Below, piece by piece: positions 34,970-44,650 of a DNA stretch of 51,186 nt. The notes under the pieces are model-generated. The model saw only the letters and a program-made list of their open reading frames with translations. It had not been told where the DNA came from and made no database searches. Source of the DNA: a virus; the UHGV virus genome UHGV-0191814; one strand, 5' to 3'. The position numbers and the translations under genes were made by a program. Every line of letters begins with the position of its first letter. Position 1 is the first letter of the stretch.

Positions 34970-36337
34970 TTATACTTCTCTGAGCTTGATAAGTCGGACG
35001 TCTGCTGCGTGCTTACCGCCTTTCTCTTGATTGTCGGGGTCTTTATCTGCGCGAGTGACGAGGTATCGCTCGCCGTTCACAATAACGGTATCACCGCACT
35101 GGACTTTCCCTTCGTGGACAAGCGTGCCCAGCTTCTCAGTCGAGCCGTCCCAGAGCAATGCGTCTTGGTCAGCAGCTTCGGCTGAGCCGCCGAATTTCTG
35201 GTCTTTGTTCGAAGCCAGTACGTACTTCTTACCACCGGCAATAATTACCTTGTTAGAGTCGTACCACTCGTTCAGTGTCTTATCTTTAAGGACGTAATCG
35301 TTCTTGCCACGTTTCTTAATCGCTGAATCAATCAAATCTTGATCGATGCGCGACGTTCCCGTAGTAGTGTTTATAGACTTCGCCCAGTGTATCTGTTCTG
35401 CGTCGCTCATCTTTGTGAAGTCTACCATATCGTGCGTGCCGTACATCGTAGCTTTGCTCATAACCGACTTTAACTGAGGGTTGCCCGCTTGCCGTTCAAT
35501 GGTTTCACGGTACACTTCACGATTCGCTTCGTTATAGTACTCGTTCGCGTAAATCTTATCGTCTGAGAACTTCGCCAACTCACTATCTGAGAACTCGCCT
35601 GCCGCTTGCATTGCCGCTGGGAAGTACTGAGTATAGAAGTCGTACAAGTCTTTGTCGGACGTAAACAACTCTTCACGGTATTTCTGGACGCTCGCGGGGT
35701 CTGAGTCAGCGAACTGAGCAAGAATGTGTTTGAACTTACTCGTCGTACTGTACGTGCCGTCCGCGTTACGTTTCACATACCCTTGTGCTTCGAGTTGCGA
35801 CGCGCTGATGTCCCCAGTCGCTGGGTCAAGTACGTTCGGGTCGAGTCGACTTAAAATGTACGTGCTCATCTTTGCGACGTTCGATTCGAAATATTCACCG
35901 AACTTCGTACGTTCGGTCTGAACGGTTTCCGCAGCTTTCTGACGCTGCTGTTCAAGACTGAGTATCTGTTCGCCGAGTTTAGTAGTGTAGTCTTGTTTTA
36001 CGTCGGTCATATCGAAGAATTTCTGATTGACCTGATCGGCGTATCTACGTGACCCAAGCAAACCTGTCGCTCCGGCGAGTTGTTCTCTCTGCTGCAGCGC
36101 GTACGTGCCCGTTGCTTCGGATTGCATTTTAGCCGTCTCGTAAGCGTTCGCGTACAACTCTCTCGTCGTGTCTTTGAGACCAACGTAAAACTCGTCAATC
36201 TGTTGTAACGCTGCGTCGTATTGTCCATACGTAGCTTCGTAATTCGACGCGGACAAAGTCTTCGATAAATCGTCGAAGTCTCCTGCCCGCATTATCGCAT
36301 TATAAGATTCGCGAGTGTATTGATTTTTCTTTGCCAT
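34970..36337 (-). CDS. virion-associated hypothetical protein (455 aa)
   Basis: Immediately upstream of and co-oriented with the giant ORF. AGGATA-type RBS. No recognizable motifs. Confidence 0.5.
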   Translation of the reverse strand: MAKKNQYTRESYNAIMRAGDFDDLSKTLSASNYEATYGQYDAALQQIDEFYVGLKDTTRELYANAYETAKMQSEATGTYALQQREQLAGATGLLGSRRYADQVNQKFFDMTDVKQDYTTKLGEQILSLEQQRQKAAETVQTERTKFGEYFESNVAKMSTYILSRLDPNVLDPATGDISASQLEAQGYVKRNADGTYSTTSKFKHILAQFADSDPASVQKYREELFTSDKDLYDFYTQYFPAAMQAAGEFSDSELAKFSDDKIYANEYYNEANREVYRETIERQAGNPQLKSVMSKATMYGTHDMVDFTKMSDAEQIHWAKSINTTTGTSRIDQDLIDSAIKKRGKNDYVLKDKTLNEWYDSNKVIIAGGKKYVLASNKDQKFGGSAEAADQDALLWDGSTEKLGTLVHEGKVQCGDTVIVNGERYLVTRADKDPDNQEKGGKHAADVRLIKLREV

Positions 36338-36338
36338 C

Positions 36339-39300
36339 TTAATTTAACCTATCCAAAATTCGATATTCGAACGCAAGGGAACGAAGTTGTAACTTCTCGT
36401 ATACTGATAAGTCATTCTTAGAATACATACGCACGGCGATATACTGGAACTTCGGAATGTACGTACGTAACAACAACACTTTTAATTCTTTGATGTCCTC
36501 AGTAGTGATATACGGACGCCCATCGGTGAATTCGCGAGTATACACTTCGAAGTCAACGTTCATTTCGAAATTCTTAACAGTCTCGTTCGGATATAACGCA
36601 AGAACGATGTCACGCATATTCTTGTTCTTCGTTGTATTTCCAAGACTCATTGGGTGCGTTTGTATATACCACTGTACTTTATATTGCAAGTTTTCATAAA
36701 AGGGCGTCACGTTTTCAAATGAAACGTTTACCAATTCGTCGTTGTATCGCGCAGTGTACCCGTTATTCGAGAGTATATCCTCGTCTGTAAACTTGTAAAT
36801 CAATCCGTTACTCGTCAGGGCAAGCATTTCGTCACCAGAGCGGAAGAATTTCATCGCGTCGATGGGCAACGTCCAGTACCACCACGCCGAAGACCTGACG
36901 TCGAAGAAGACAATCTTCGTCTCCGCCCCAGTTGATATGCAATACATATTGTACCAACGCCCTCTGAACGTAAAGCGACGTTTCTCGTTTGCAAGGAACT
37001 CGTCGTACTTCTGGAATATTGCAGAGCTCATCGTAGCAATGTTCTTCGCCGTCTCAGTCACTTCACTTGTACCGACGAACATCATAACGCCGTCGTCGCA
37101 CATTATGGTAGGTACGTCGTCCATTGCTCGACGGGCGAAGCTACCACGTTTACGTCCGTGTATATCGAACTGCGATACAACGGGTTTCAAGTGAGTCAAT
37201 TGACCTGTGCCAGTACCCAGAATCCAGTACACGCCATTCTCGGTCGACATAATCGCCGCAGTAGGACTTATTGCGAGGATATCAAGGACTTTATCGTCAG
37301 TCGACGACATCTGCTCCCACGAATAAGGGTCGACGTACTTCGGACTGAAGGTCATCGAGTAAGCGAAATTTCTACCAGACGTGAAGATAATACAGTTGTT
37401 CATCGAATAGACGCCGTCGATATTCTTCATTGCTTCTCGGGCGTCGTTCCAAACGGTATAAAGAGCAGTGCCGATTTTCTCAGTGATATCGAATATCGGG
37501 TCAGCGTACGCCGAACCGTTTGTTCCAGTCGTGCCATAGAGTTGAGCCTCAGAATATGCGTACGTGATCGACCCAGAAGCAGCGAGAACTTTCATAGAGC
37601 CATCGCCCTGCTGCTCGAATTTGTGCGTAAATGCTCCGTCTTGAATCTGTCCGAGAATAGGTGTAGTATACGCGTAAACGTTGACAATCTTCAAAGACGT
37701 TTCACTACCGAACTTACGAGAGTACTTCGTAACGAGCGTTGTCGCGTTAGCAACGAACGACGTAATCTCGTCATTCATGATAAGCTCAGTGTACTTCGGG
37801 TTTACTTCAACACCGTCAAGCAAGACGGACGTGTAGTCAGCGTATTTCGTGAGTACCGGCTTGATACTGGAAACGGAAATCGTCGTCGTAGTAGACGTAG
37901 CAATGTTCACTGAAACAGTAGTGTTTACCCCGAAGATTCTGAGTTCATCGGTCGTCTTCGCAAAGATATGTCCGATGACAGGATAACTGTAAGTGTGGGT
38001 GGTTCCGGTTGCGCCCTGAACGAATATCTCGTTAGAAGCAAGCGACAACGCCAATACTGTAGGCGTATTGTCGGTGTTCGTGAACGGAAGTGAGAACGCC
38101 TTCATCTCGCCTGTCTCGCCAGATATCGGACAGTAAGTGTATAACGTCGTGCCGATACGCAACAAATATATTGCGACAGGCGGTGACTTCGTGAGCATAT
38201 ACTCAGGTTCGTAGGTGGTTTTAGTATACCTTACTCTGAACGCAGCGAGCAACGTAACGTCCTTGATACTTGCGGGTGTTTCAGGAAGGTCTGTCTTAGA
38301 TACAGAGTATGACGTGACACTTCCTTCGGCCTGAGGGTTAAAAGCGAGCGTCTCGATTTTCAAGTCACCAGACGAAACCGTTGCATATACCGCCAACGCT
38401 TTGTACGTTTGTTTCTGGTCAGTTTCCCAAGTCTCGCCATAGTCAACGGGACTCATCAAACATATTTTGTCCGCACACGAATAGAAAGTGTCTACATATC
38501 CGGACGGTCCTGCAACTTTATATGTGAAATTACGCAGACCCCACGGCTGCGAGCTGTTAGAAGGTTTACTACCTTCAACTATGCCGTAATTCGAAACCCC
38601 GATTCGGACTTTAACGTCGTTTTCGATCGTCGTGTTGTTCAACGCCCACGCCCAATCAATGTGGTATTTCCTGAGAACGTTATCGTCGGTAAATTCGCCG
38701 TCGGTCTCGGTGTCCCAGTTTTTGCCGCTGCCACTCGGACTTAAAGATAATATTTTAAGAGATGAGTTCGACAAGCCAGATGACAACGGACGTATAACGC
38801 TCAGATAGACATCTTTCGTGGAAACGCTAACGCCGCTCGCAACCCATATTTTACACGTACACTGTATTCCAGTAGGAATCACACTTGTTTCTAGCAGTAA
38901 ATCGCTATCGTCACCTGACCATAACGCGCCGCCGCCGGGAACATACTCAACTTTGAGTCTTGCAACCGTTTCGAGGACACCGCCACTTGCATCACACGCG
39001 TCTCGTTCCCATCTTGCGGGGAGCGTTGCAGTTGCGTCGCCGGCTTCAGTCGTAATATAATTCTGGAACTTGCCTCTGAGGTCATACGGTGTCGAGTAAC
39101 TCAACGAGGAAAATCTGAAACCAGGACCGTTATTCGCTTTCGTACTGAAGATATTCAACGCTTCGCTCGCGTCACCGTACTCATTGACCGCAATACGACG
39201 ACCTGTCGGGTCAAGATATACGATAGGTATGTTCGCTCCTTCGGTCAACGAGGAAACAGACGTACCGTTATAAAGCAGTACGCCGAACTGATCGCCCGAG

Positions 39301-39719
39301 TCGCATTTCGTAATGTATATACTGTTATTCGCAACGAACAACCGACTGTCGGCCGTCACACGATAATCAATATACGTCTTCGTCGGATACAATTTCAAGA
39401 ACGCGTATTCGTGCTCGGCACCGGTTGTGTTGTCCTTAATAATCGCATAGATATCGTCGCCCAGAGAAACAGAGTCAATGACTGTTACATCTTTCTCGGG
39501 CAAGAACAACGGCGTGAGACGCTTCCTCGTGACAAGGCGATAGTCTTTGTCGACATAGACGTTACAGGCGTCGTTCATTGCTCCCGGCGCCATTTCTATC
39601 GTCGTCTCGGTATTGTATATCCCGCGGAAATTTGTGACGCTCGACGTATACGTTTTACGTAAATCACGAGACGCCGGGACGTTATATCTTATTGGTCGTT
39701 TTCGAGATATCGAAGCCAT
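36339..39719 (-). CDS. large structural protein (1126 aa), probably a tail/nozzle component
   Basis: GAGGAG RBS before ATG 39719. Beta-rich, Ser/Thr/Gly-rich sequence. Placed between the head and internal-protein genes. Confidence 0.5.
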   Translation of the reverse strand: MASISRKRPIRYNVPASRDLRKTYTSSVTNFRGIYNTETTIEMAPGAMNDACNVYVDKDYRLVTRKRLTPLFLPEKDVTVIDSVSLGDDIYAIIKDNTTGAEHEYAFLKLYPTKTYIDYRVTADSRLFVANNSIYITKCDSGDQFGVLLYNGTSVSSLTEGANIPIVYLDPTGRRIAVNEYGDASEALNIFSTKANNGPGFRFSSLSYSTPYDLRGKFQNYITTEAGDATATLPARWERDACDASGGVLETVARLKVEYVPGGGALWSGDDSDLLLETSVIPTGIQCTCKIWVASGVSVSTKDVYLSVIRPLSSGLSNSSLKILSLSPSGSGKNWDTETDGEFTDDNVLRKYHIDWAWALNNTTIENDVKVRIGVSNYGIVEGSKPSNSSQPWGLRNFTYKVAGPSGYVDTFYSCADKICLMSPVDYGETWETDQKQTYKALAVYATVSSGDLKIETLAFNPQAEGSVTSYSVSKTDLPETPASIKDVTLLAAFRVRYTKTTYEPEYMLTKSPPVAIYLLRIGTTLYTYCPISGETGEMKAFSLPFTNTDNTPTVLALSLASNEIFVQGATGTTHTYSYPVIGHIFAKTTDELRIFGVNTTVSVNIATSTTTTISVSSIKPVLTKYADYTSVLLDGVEVNPKYTELIMNDEITSFVANATTLVTKYSRKFGSETSLKIVNVYAYTTPILGQIQDGAFTHKFEQQGDGSMKVLAASGSITYAYSEAQLYGTTGTNGSAYADPIFDITEKIGTALYTVWNDAREAMKNIDGVYSMNNCIIFTSGRNFAYSMTFSPKYVDPYSWEQMSSTDDKVLDILAISPTAAIMSTENGVYWILGTGTGQLTHLKPVVSQFDIHGRKRGSFARRAMDDVPTIMCDDGVMMFVGTSEVTETAKNIATMSSAIFQKYDEFLANEKRRFTFRGRWYNMYCISTGAETKIVFFDVRSSAWWYWTLPIDAMKFFRSGDEMLALTSNGLIYKFTDEDILSNNGYTARYNDELVNVSFENVTPFYENLQYKVQWYIQTHPMSLGNTTKNKNMRDIVLALYPNETVKNFEMNVDFEVYTREFTDGRPYITTEDIKELKVLLLRTYIPKFQYIAVRMYSKNDLSVYEKLQLRSLAFEYRILDRLN

Positions 39720-39904
39720 AATTCTACTCCTCGTATGATAGTTTTGTCAGAGAAATTCGGGTCAATCTTACGTTGCCTGTTTCCAAGTTCTTTGACCAAC
39801 ACCGCCATTCCTTGAAAAATTTCGTCGCCAGTGACGTTCTCACCGACGCGCATTGTATAGTCGTCTTCGATTTTAGATACTTCAAAAATAAGTTTGTCTT
39901 CCAT
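39689..39904 (-). CDS. small hypothetical protein (71 aa)
   Basis: TGAcctATG coupling with the upstream gene. 3' end overlaps the 1126-aa gene start by 31 nt. Confidence 0.35.
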   Translation of the reverse strand: MEDKLIFEVSKIEDDYTMRVGENVTGDEIFQGMAVLVKELGNRQRKIDPNFSDKTIIRGVELWLRYLENDQ

Positions 39905-39907
39905 AGG

Positions 39908-40459
39908 TCACCACTTAGGTACAAATCTGAACGATTCTTGTAAATCGGATATACCGTTATCAAGACGAGCAATCGCAGTCTCGTATTCGTTCTGTATAGT
40001 AATAGCCGTCGTTAAGTCGATGTCCCTCATGAGCTGGGCAGCGACATATAACACAGCGCACGTCATAACAGATTCAGGGATAGTCTCACAGTTGTGTTCT
40101 GTATCACCCGTTTCAATCTTCGGATATAACGTGTCGCAAATGACTAAGTATTTGCCGGGGGAATTAAATCTTATCGTACGACGCGTAGGCTGATAGTACG
40201 TCGCACCAGCAACGTCTGTGTCAACAAACAATACCGACAGTACGTCACTCGGTAATGAGCATTCGGGAAGATACCCGTTTGTGTCGTACGCTACGGCGAA
40301 AGGAATCGTCACTCGATTTGCGAGGACATCGTTAGCAATGAACGTCAAACATTCGTTCAACGTAGGAATTATTTTGCTATCATACCCGAACTGTTTCGAG
40401 TCTTGTTCGGTAATGAATAGCTTATTTAGGACTCTTGTCGTAAATTCTGAAATGTTCAT
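39908..40459 (-). CDS. head-tail connector/adaptor-like hypothetical protein (183 aa)
   Basis: ATG 40459 with AAAGAGG RBS. The track start 40504 would translate the terminator hairpin. Position just after the MCP gene. Confidence 0.45.
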   Translation of the reverse strand: MNISEFTTRVLNKLFITEQDSKQFGYDSKIIPTLNECLTFIANDVLANRVTIPFAVAYDTNGYLPECSLPSDVLSVLFVDTDVAGATYYQPTRRTIRFNSPGKYLVICDTLYPKIETGDTEHNCETIPESVMTCAVLYVAAQLMRDIDLTTAITIQNEYETAIARLDNGISDLQESFRFVPKW

Positions 40460-40483
40460 AATGATTTGCCTCTTTATAAAAGT

Positions 40484-40514
40484 CCCCACCCCGAGACGTT
40501 GCATCGAGGTGGGG
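40484..40514 (-). terminator. hairpin plus U-rich tract downstream of the major capsid gene (attenuator/terminator)
   Basis: Minus-strand CCCCACC...GGGTGGGG stem, followed by ACUUUUAUAAAG. Typical partial terminator after an MCP gene. Confidence 0.5.
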
Positions 40515-40526
40515 CAACTTTGTTTA

Positions 40527-41729
40527 TTAGGTTACAGTTTTCGTCTGAACCGGGTTGGCAGTCGTATTCTGAACGACTACGCCGAGACCTGCAGGAGCGA
40601 CGTCTGCTTCGGGAATGTTCGTTGCGTTGTACGTGCCGCCGGTCTTAGCGCCGGTGTCGTACAGAGCGTCCATTTCGTCAGCGCCGCAGTGTACGTAGGC
40701 CATCGGACGGAAGTCGCCGAAACCTGCACTGTATCTTGCGCGGCCTTTCCAGACGTTCGCTTCGTTGGGCTGATCGAACCACGAAGAAACTTCGAGAGGT
40801 ACACGGTCGATAAACACTGCGCCGAGGTTTTCTTTGTTCGCCGCGGGGTCAATCATAATGAATGCCTGGTCAGCGTTCGAGAAACCTTTAAGGTTGTTGA
40901 GGTACGGAGTGGTCAGAACCGTCCACTTGCCGAATTCCATATTGAGACCGTTGTTGCCGAGCACTTCGGTGTACTGGGTCTTCAAGCCAACGAGCAGCGC
41001 GTTTCTGAATGCGTAGTGATTCGGAACGAGCAGAGTCGTCGGGGTCATCGGGGTGGGGTTGCCGTCGTAGTCGGTGTAGTTAATCATCTGATTTTCTACG
41101 TAGCCGACGATGTTGAGAATCTTGAGGTGAGCGTTAGGAGCCGTGAGGTCAACGTGGCAGTGGAACTTATTGCTCTGTTTTTCGGTACGACCGGTCGTCA
41201 CAGGAGGCAAGTGGTCCTTCGTGAAGAACAACTGTTTCGCGCCTTCGAGCGTGCCGTCTTTCGTGTCCATACCGAGACAGTCGAACGTAAATTTACCCTG
41301 AGTATACGAACCGGTGAGAGCGCCTGCAAGCATACCGAAAGCGAAAATTTCACGGGTACGGCCGTACGATTTGACGAAGCCCATAGCGTCGGTGCTGATC
41401 GTCATCATCTGGTTATCTTCAACGGCCTGCTTCGAAATTACGAAGCTGTTACGCCAAGTCGTCGATTTCCAAATTTTGCTGTAGCCTTCCTTGAAGTCAG
41501 AAAGTTTCGCGGGCTCCATATCGTAGCCGGGTTCGTAGTTACCCATCGACGTACGGGTCCTGTATTCTTCTTGATACGCGTCGAGCGTATGCATAGCGAA
41601 TACTTTGCTGATGAGGGATTCTTTTTCGAACGCCTCTTTTTGATTATCAAGCATCATCTTGATCGGTTCTTGCAACACGTTGAATGCCGACAAGGATAAC
41701 GCTTCGTCAATGTTAAAGATAATTGCCAT
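40527..41729 (-). CDS. major capsid protein (HK97-fold-like, 400 aa)
   Basis: Size, position after the scaffold gene, and a strong terminator downstream. Gly/Thr/Asn-rich sequence typical of HK97-like MCPs. Confidence 0.6.
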   Translation of the reverse strand: MAIIFNIDEALSLSAFNVLQEPIKMMLDNQKEAFEKESLISKVFAMHTLDAYQEEYRTRTSMGNYEPGYDMEPAKLSDFKEGYSKIWKSTTWRNSFVISKQAVEDNQMMTISTDAMGFVKSYGRTREIFAFGMLAGALTGSYTQGKFTFDCLGMDTKDGTLEGAKQLFFTKDHLPPVTTGRTEKQSNKFHCHVDLTAPNAHLKILNIVGYVENQMINYTDYDGNPTPMTPTTLLVPNHYAFRNALLVGLKTQYTEVLGNNGLNMEFGKWTVLTTPYLNNLKGFSNADQAFIMIDPAANKENLGAVFIDRVPLEVSSWFDQPNEANVWKGRARYSAGFGDFRPMAYVHCGADEMDALYDTGAKTGGTYNATNIPEADVAPAGLGVVVQNTTANPVQTKTVT

Positions 41730-41743
41730 CTGTTATGTCCTCC

Positions 41744-42052
41744 TTAGACGAGATTCGTAATATCCTTGACGGGATATACTTCGATGCGTTTGTCGCCGAC
41801 TGCGTAATCGCTTGCAACGACGTAATCTGCGTCGGTGAGGACCGTGCAATCTGTGATAGTGTAGGTGTATGCGCCGGAGCTGCCGCCGCGGACAACCTTA
41901 ACCGCCGAGCCTTTCGCAAACGCAGTTGCGCCCAAGCTCGTAAGTGCCTGACCGTTCGAGTCAGCACTTCTGCTGTTACATTTCGAACCGACAATGAGCG
42001 TCTGGACGTACTGTTTGTCGTAACGATGCCAGCTGGTAAGTAAATTTGCCAT
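41744..42052 (-). CDS. small head-associated protein (102 aa; decoration- or Ig-like?)
   Basis: Between the scaffold and MCP genes. Beta-rich. Confidence 0.35.
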   Translation of the reverse strand: MANLLTSWHRYDKQYVQTLIVGSKCNSRSADSNGQALTSLGATAFAKGSAVKVVRGGSSGAYTYTITDCTVLTDADYVVASDYAVGDKRIEVYPVKDITNLV

Positions 42053-42067
42053 AATTATTATGTCTCC

Positions 42068-42748
42068 TTATGTTTTGTTGATGTATTTCCTGATGTCGTC
42101 ATCAGAAACGCCGGGGTTAAAACGACGCATAAGGGCCATCTCTTGCTCGCTTATAGTGCGCGGAGGAGTTGACGAACCGGAACTACCGACAGGCGACAAG
42201 TGGTCTTTCGACAGACGACTCGGTGCGTGGGACTTCACAAGGTCGTCAAAGTGTTCAGCGGCGTATGCCTTGTCCAATGGCACTCCCTTCTTGTACAGGG
42301 ATTGAGTCGCTTCGTCCAAATCACTGAGCGCCGAAAACGTCGTTCCGTATTTCTGGTTCAACGAGAACAATGCGTCGGTTTCTTCTTTCTTCAAGTCCTC
42401 AGCAGCTTTCTCATCTTTTAACTTCTTCGCTTCGATTACGTCCGGGTGGGTCTCAACCAATTTGTCGACAATAGGTTTGACCTTTTCAGCGTCCAGACCA
42501 CTGGCAGTGAGCATTTTATCTTCGTTTTCACGTTTCAAATCGTCCCAGCTGTCATAACCTAAGCTTTGAGCGAGTTCGTTTCTTGCTTCGCGTTCGATTT
42601 TAACTCGTTCCGTCTTGAGGCGTTCAGCAAATGCTTTCGTCTGATCGACGGGAGGGTTTTCAGGGTTTCCATCTGTTGGCGGGACAGGTTGACCAGGGTT
42701 ACCTGCATTACCGAGGTCATCTTTAGCAGCCTTGTCGAATAAGTTCAT
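42068..42748 (-). CDS. scaffolding-like protein (226 aa; charged, helical)
   Basis: Highly charged K/E-rich helical sequence immediately upstream of the MCP. First gene of an operon behind the palindromic TATA-rich motif. Confidence 0.5.
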   Translation of the reverse strand: MNLFDKAAKDDLGNAGNPGQPVPPTDGNPENPPVDQTKAFAERLKTERVKIEREARNELAQSLGYDSWDDLKRENEDKMLTASGLDAEKVKPIVDKLVETHPDVIEAKKLKDEKAAEDLKKEETDALFSLNQKYGTTFSALSDLDEATQSLYKKGVPLDKAYAAEHFDDLVKSHAPSRLSKDHLSPVGSSGSSTPPRTISEQEMALMRRFNPGVSDDDIRKYINKT

Positions 42749-42803
42749 TATTCAGTCTCCTTTGTGCGGCGAACTTCTGGGAGTACAGTTTTTCAGCCGC
42801 GTG

Positions 42804-42822
42804 TTCTATATATTATATAGCT
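42804..42822 (-). promoter_or_regulatory. palindromic TATA-rich late-operon motif (CTATATATTATATAG)
   Basis: 15-bp perfect palindrome 72 nt upstream of the scaffold start. A related CTATATATAG sits at 5223-5232 upstream of TerS. Confidence 0.4.
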
Positions 42823-42857
42823 TGTTCTCGCTAAACCACGTCACAAATTTCAAAAAT

Positions 42858-44087
42858 TTATTGAGAATTTTCGCAATTTTCTTTCGGCGGTCCAAGAACA
42901 ATAATATGCTGTGCGGCGTCCGGCGTTACTGGGGTAGGCGGAGTAGTAGGCGTTGCCTTCATGCACACCTCTTCCTTGTCTTTAACTACGGGCGTTTCTT
43001 GACTATGCAACAGATTTTCAGACAACCGTACCCAGAAGGGCTTGTCGTCATCAACCTTATGTTTACCGAACGATTGCTTCCACGTCCGAGCGAATACTCG
43101 CCAGAACGACGGTCGATGTTCGGGTTTCGCGGGTAACTTTTCGAGTTCTTTACGAGAACTTTCAACAACCGGGTTAGGCGGAATCTCGACAATGTATCGA
43201 TTCTCGTCGGTCAGCTTATCACTGTTCTTGCGACTGTTGAATTGCGAATAGAACGCAAGTTTGAGTTTAGCGACCAACACTCGACGTTCGAATATCTGTG
43301 AGCCGGTTTTCAACCCAGCGTATATAGCACCGATAATGCCTCCACATTTTATAATGAGCGTCGGAATCATCGAAGCATTGAAGTTCTGGAACGAGTAATA
43401 CAAGTCACCAGAGAAGCCGCAGATACCTACAACGAGGCATACTTTGCCGATAAGCTTTTGTGCATAGATTTGTGCCTTAGGTACGTCGTACTTATTGCCA
43501 CGTTCACTCTTGTGGTCCAGCGGTAAGCCGACGCCGGCAAATTGACTGTACAACACTTGATTGTACCGTACGGTCACGCCGCCGTAAAACACTTCGTCCG
43601 GAGTAAGCAAGAGTCGACGTTTCAATGCAATCTTCCGTCTCTTAGAACTGTGCAATATTTTGCGGTCCATATCGGCAACGTACACGAGATATTTCTCAGC
43701 GCGGTTTACGTTAGCAATGTACTTTTTGAAGTTCTCGTCGTTATATTCAGTCAGCAACAGTGAGTAGTGTTCTTTCAACTTCTTGATATCGCTCACGTAT
43801 TCCGGATTCTTGCTTCGACTTATTTCGTCCGATGTGTTACTTATGCCGAGCATTATGCCGAACGTACACAGCGCAAACGCAAGCTTCTCAATCCAGAAAC
43901 TGGGACTTTGAAGCTTGAATTTGTACGAGTCCAGTCGGAAGAACTCGGTCAATATCAACCCGGCGCATATCAAGACAACGAGCAAGATATTCGTCAAAAG
44001 CGTAAATACACTCACGCGCATCGACTTACGAATCTCAGCGGTCGTCATCTCGTCCTGAGTAGCAATAATATCGTTTTCAGACGACAT
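42858..44087 (-). CDS. polytopic membrane protein (409 aa)
   Basis: Several hydrophobic helices (LLTNILLVVLICAGLILTEFF, LAFALCTFGIMLGI, GKVCLVVGICGF, IIKCGGIIGAIYAGL). Pro/Thr-rich C-terminus. Confidence 0.55.
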   Translation of the reverse strand: MSSENDIIATQDEMTTAEIRKSMRVSVFTLLTNILLVVLICAGLILTEFFRLDSYKFKLQSPSFWIEKLAFALCTFGIMLGISNTSDEISRSKNPEYVSDIKKLKEHYSLLLTEYNDENFKKYIANVNRAEKYLVYVADMDRKILHSSKRRKIALKRRLLLTPDEVFYGGVTVRYNQVLYSQFAGVGLPLDHKSERGNKYDVPKAQIYAQKLIGKVCLVVGICGFSGDLYYSFQNFNASMIPTLIIKCGGIIGAIYAGLKTGSQIFERRVLVAKLKLAFYSQFNSRKNSDKLTDENRYIVEIPPNPVVESSRKELEKLPAKPEHRPSFWRVFARTWKQSFGKHKVDDDKPFWVRLSENLLHSQETPVVKDKEEVCMKATPTTPPTPVTPDAAQHIIVLGPPKENCENSQ

Positions 44088-44088
44088 A

Positions 44089-44631
44089 CTACTTCACCTC
44101 CTCGGCTGATTTCACCTGTTCGTTGATATGAATCTTATTCTTCATTCCCTTCGCCTTAACGTGCACGGTACCCGTATGAATACCTGCTTTCGCTAAGAAG
44201 CTCAATCCGGTAATAATGAAAATGTTTATAAGCTCAGTAATTGCATTCTGGAACGCGTACAACATTCCACCGATAAGCAGCAACGGAAGACCCGCCATAA
44301 CGAAGTCCATCGTTTCGATAGTCTTACTTTTCTTTTCGACGAGGTCAATAAGGTGTTCGTCATCGGGTCGAGCTTCGAGGTCCGCTTTCTGTTGCACAAA
44401 AGCCGCAACGTATCGGGCGTATGCCGCTTTGACGCGTTTGAATAACGTCGCACCGAAAATGACGCCGACGAGAACGCATGAGAACGAGACCCAGAACGAC
44501 ACAACGGCTTTTTTATCAAGAACATACTGTAATGTACTTACATAACTGTAAATACAGTACACTACCGGAGGGCACAACCAAGCAACATACTCACATATAC
44601 TGAGCATAATTGCTCTGGAATTCCATTTCAT
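44089..44631 (-). CDS. membrane protein (180 aa, ~4 TM)
   Basis: Hydrophobic segments VAWLCPPVVYCIYSYV, VVSFWVSFSCVLVGVIFGATLF, GLPLLLIGGMLYAF, INIFIITGLSFLA. Confidence 0.55.
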   Translation of the reverse strand: MKWNSRAIMLSICEYVAWLCPPVVYCIYSYVSTLQYVLDKKAVVSFWVSFSCVLVGVIFGATLFKRVKAAYARYVAAFVQQKADLEARPDDEHLIDLVEKKSKTIETMDFVMAGLPLLLIGGMLYAFQNAITELINIFIITGLSFLAKAGIHTGTVHVKAKGMKNKIHINEQVKSAEEVK

Positions 44632-44650
44632 AGTAGTTCCTCCTTAACGC

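Noticed and set aside
40459-40504. Track start at 40504 for the 198-aa ORF
   Set aside because: The extension translates the terminator hairpin and has no RBS. ATG 40459 has AAAGAGG.
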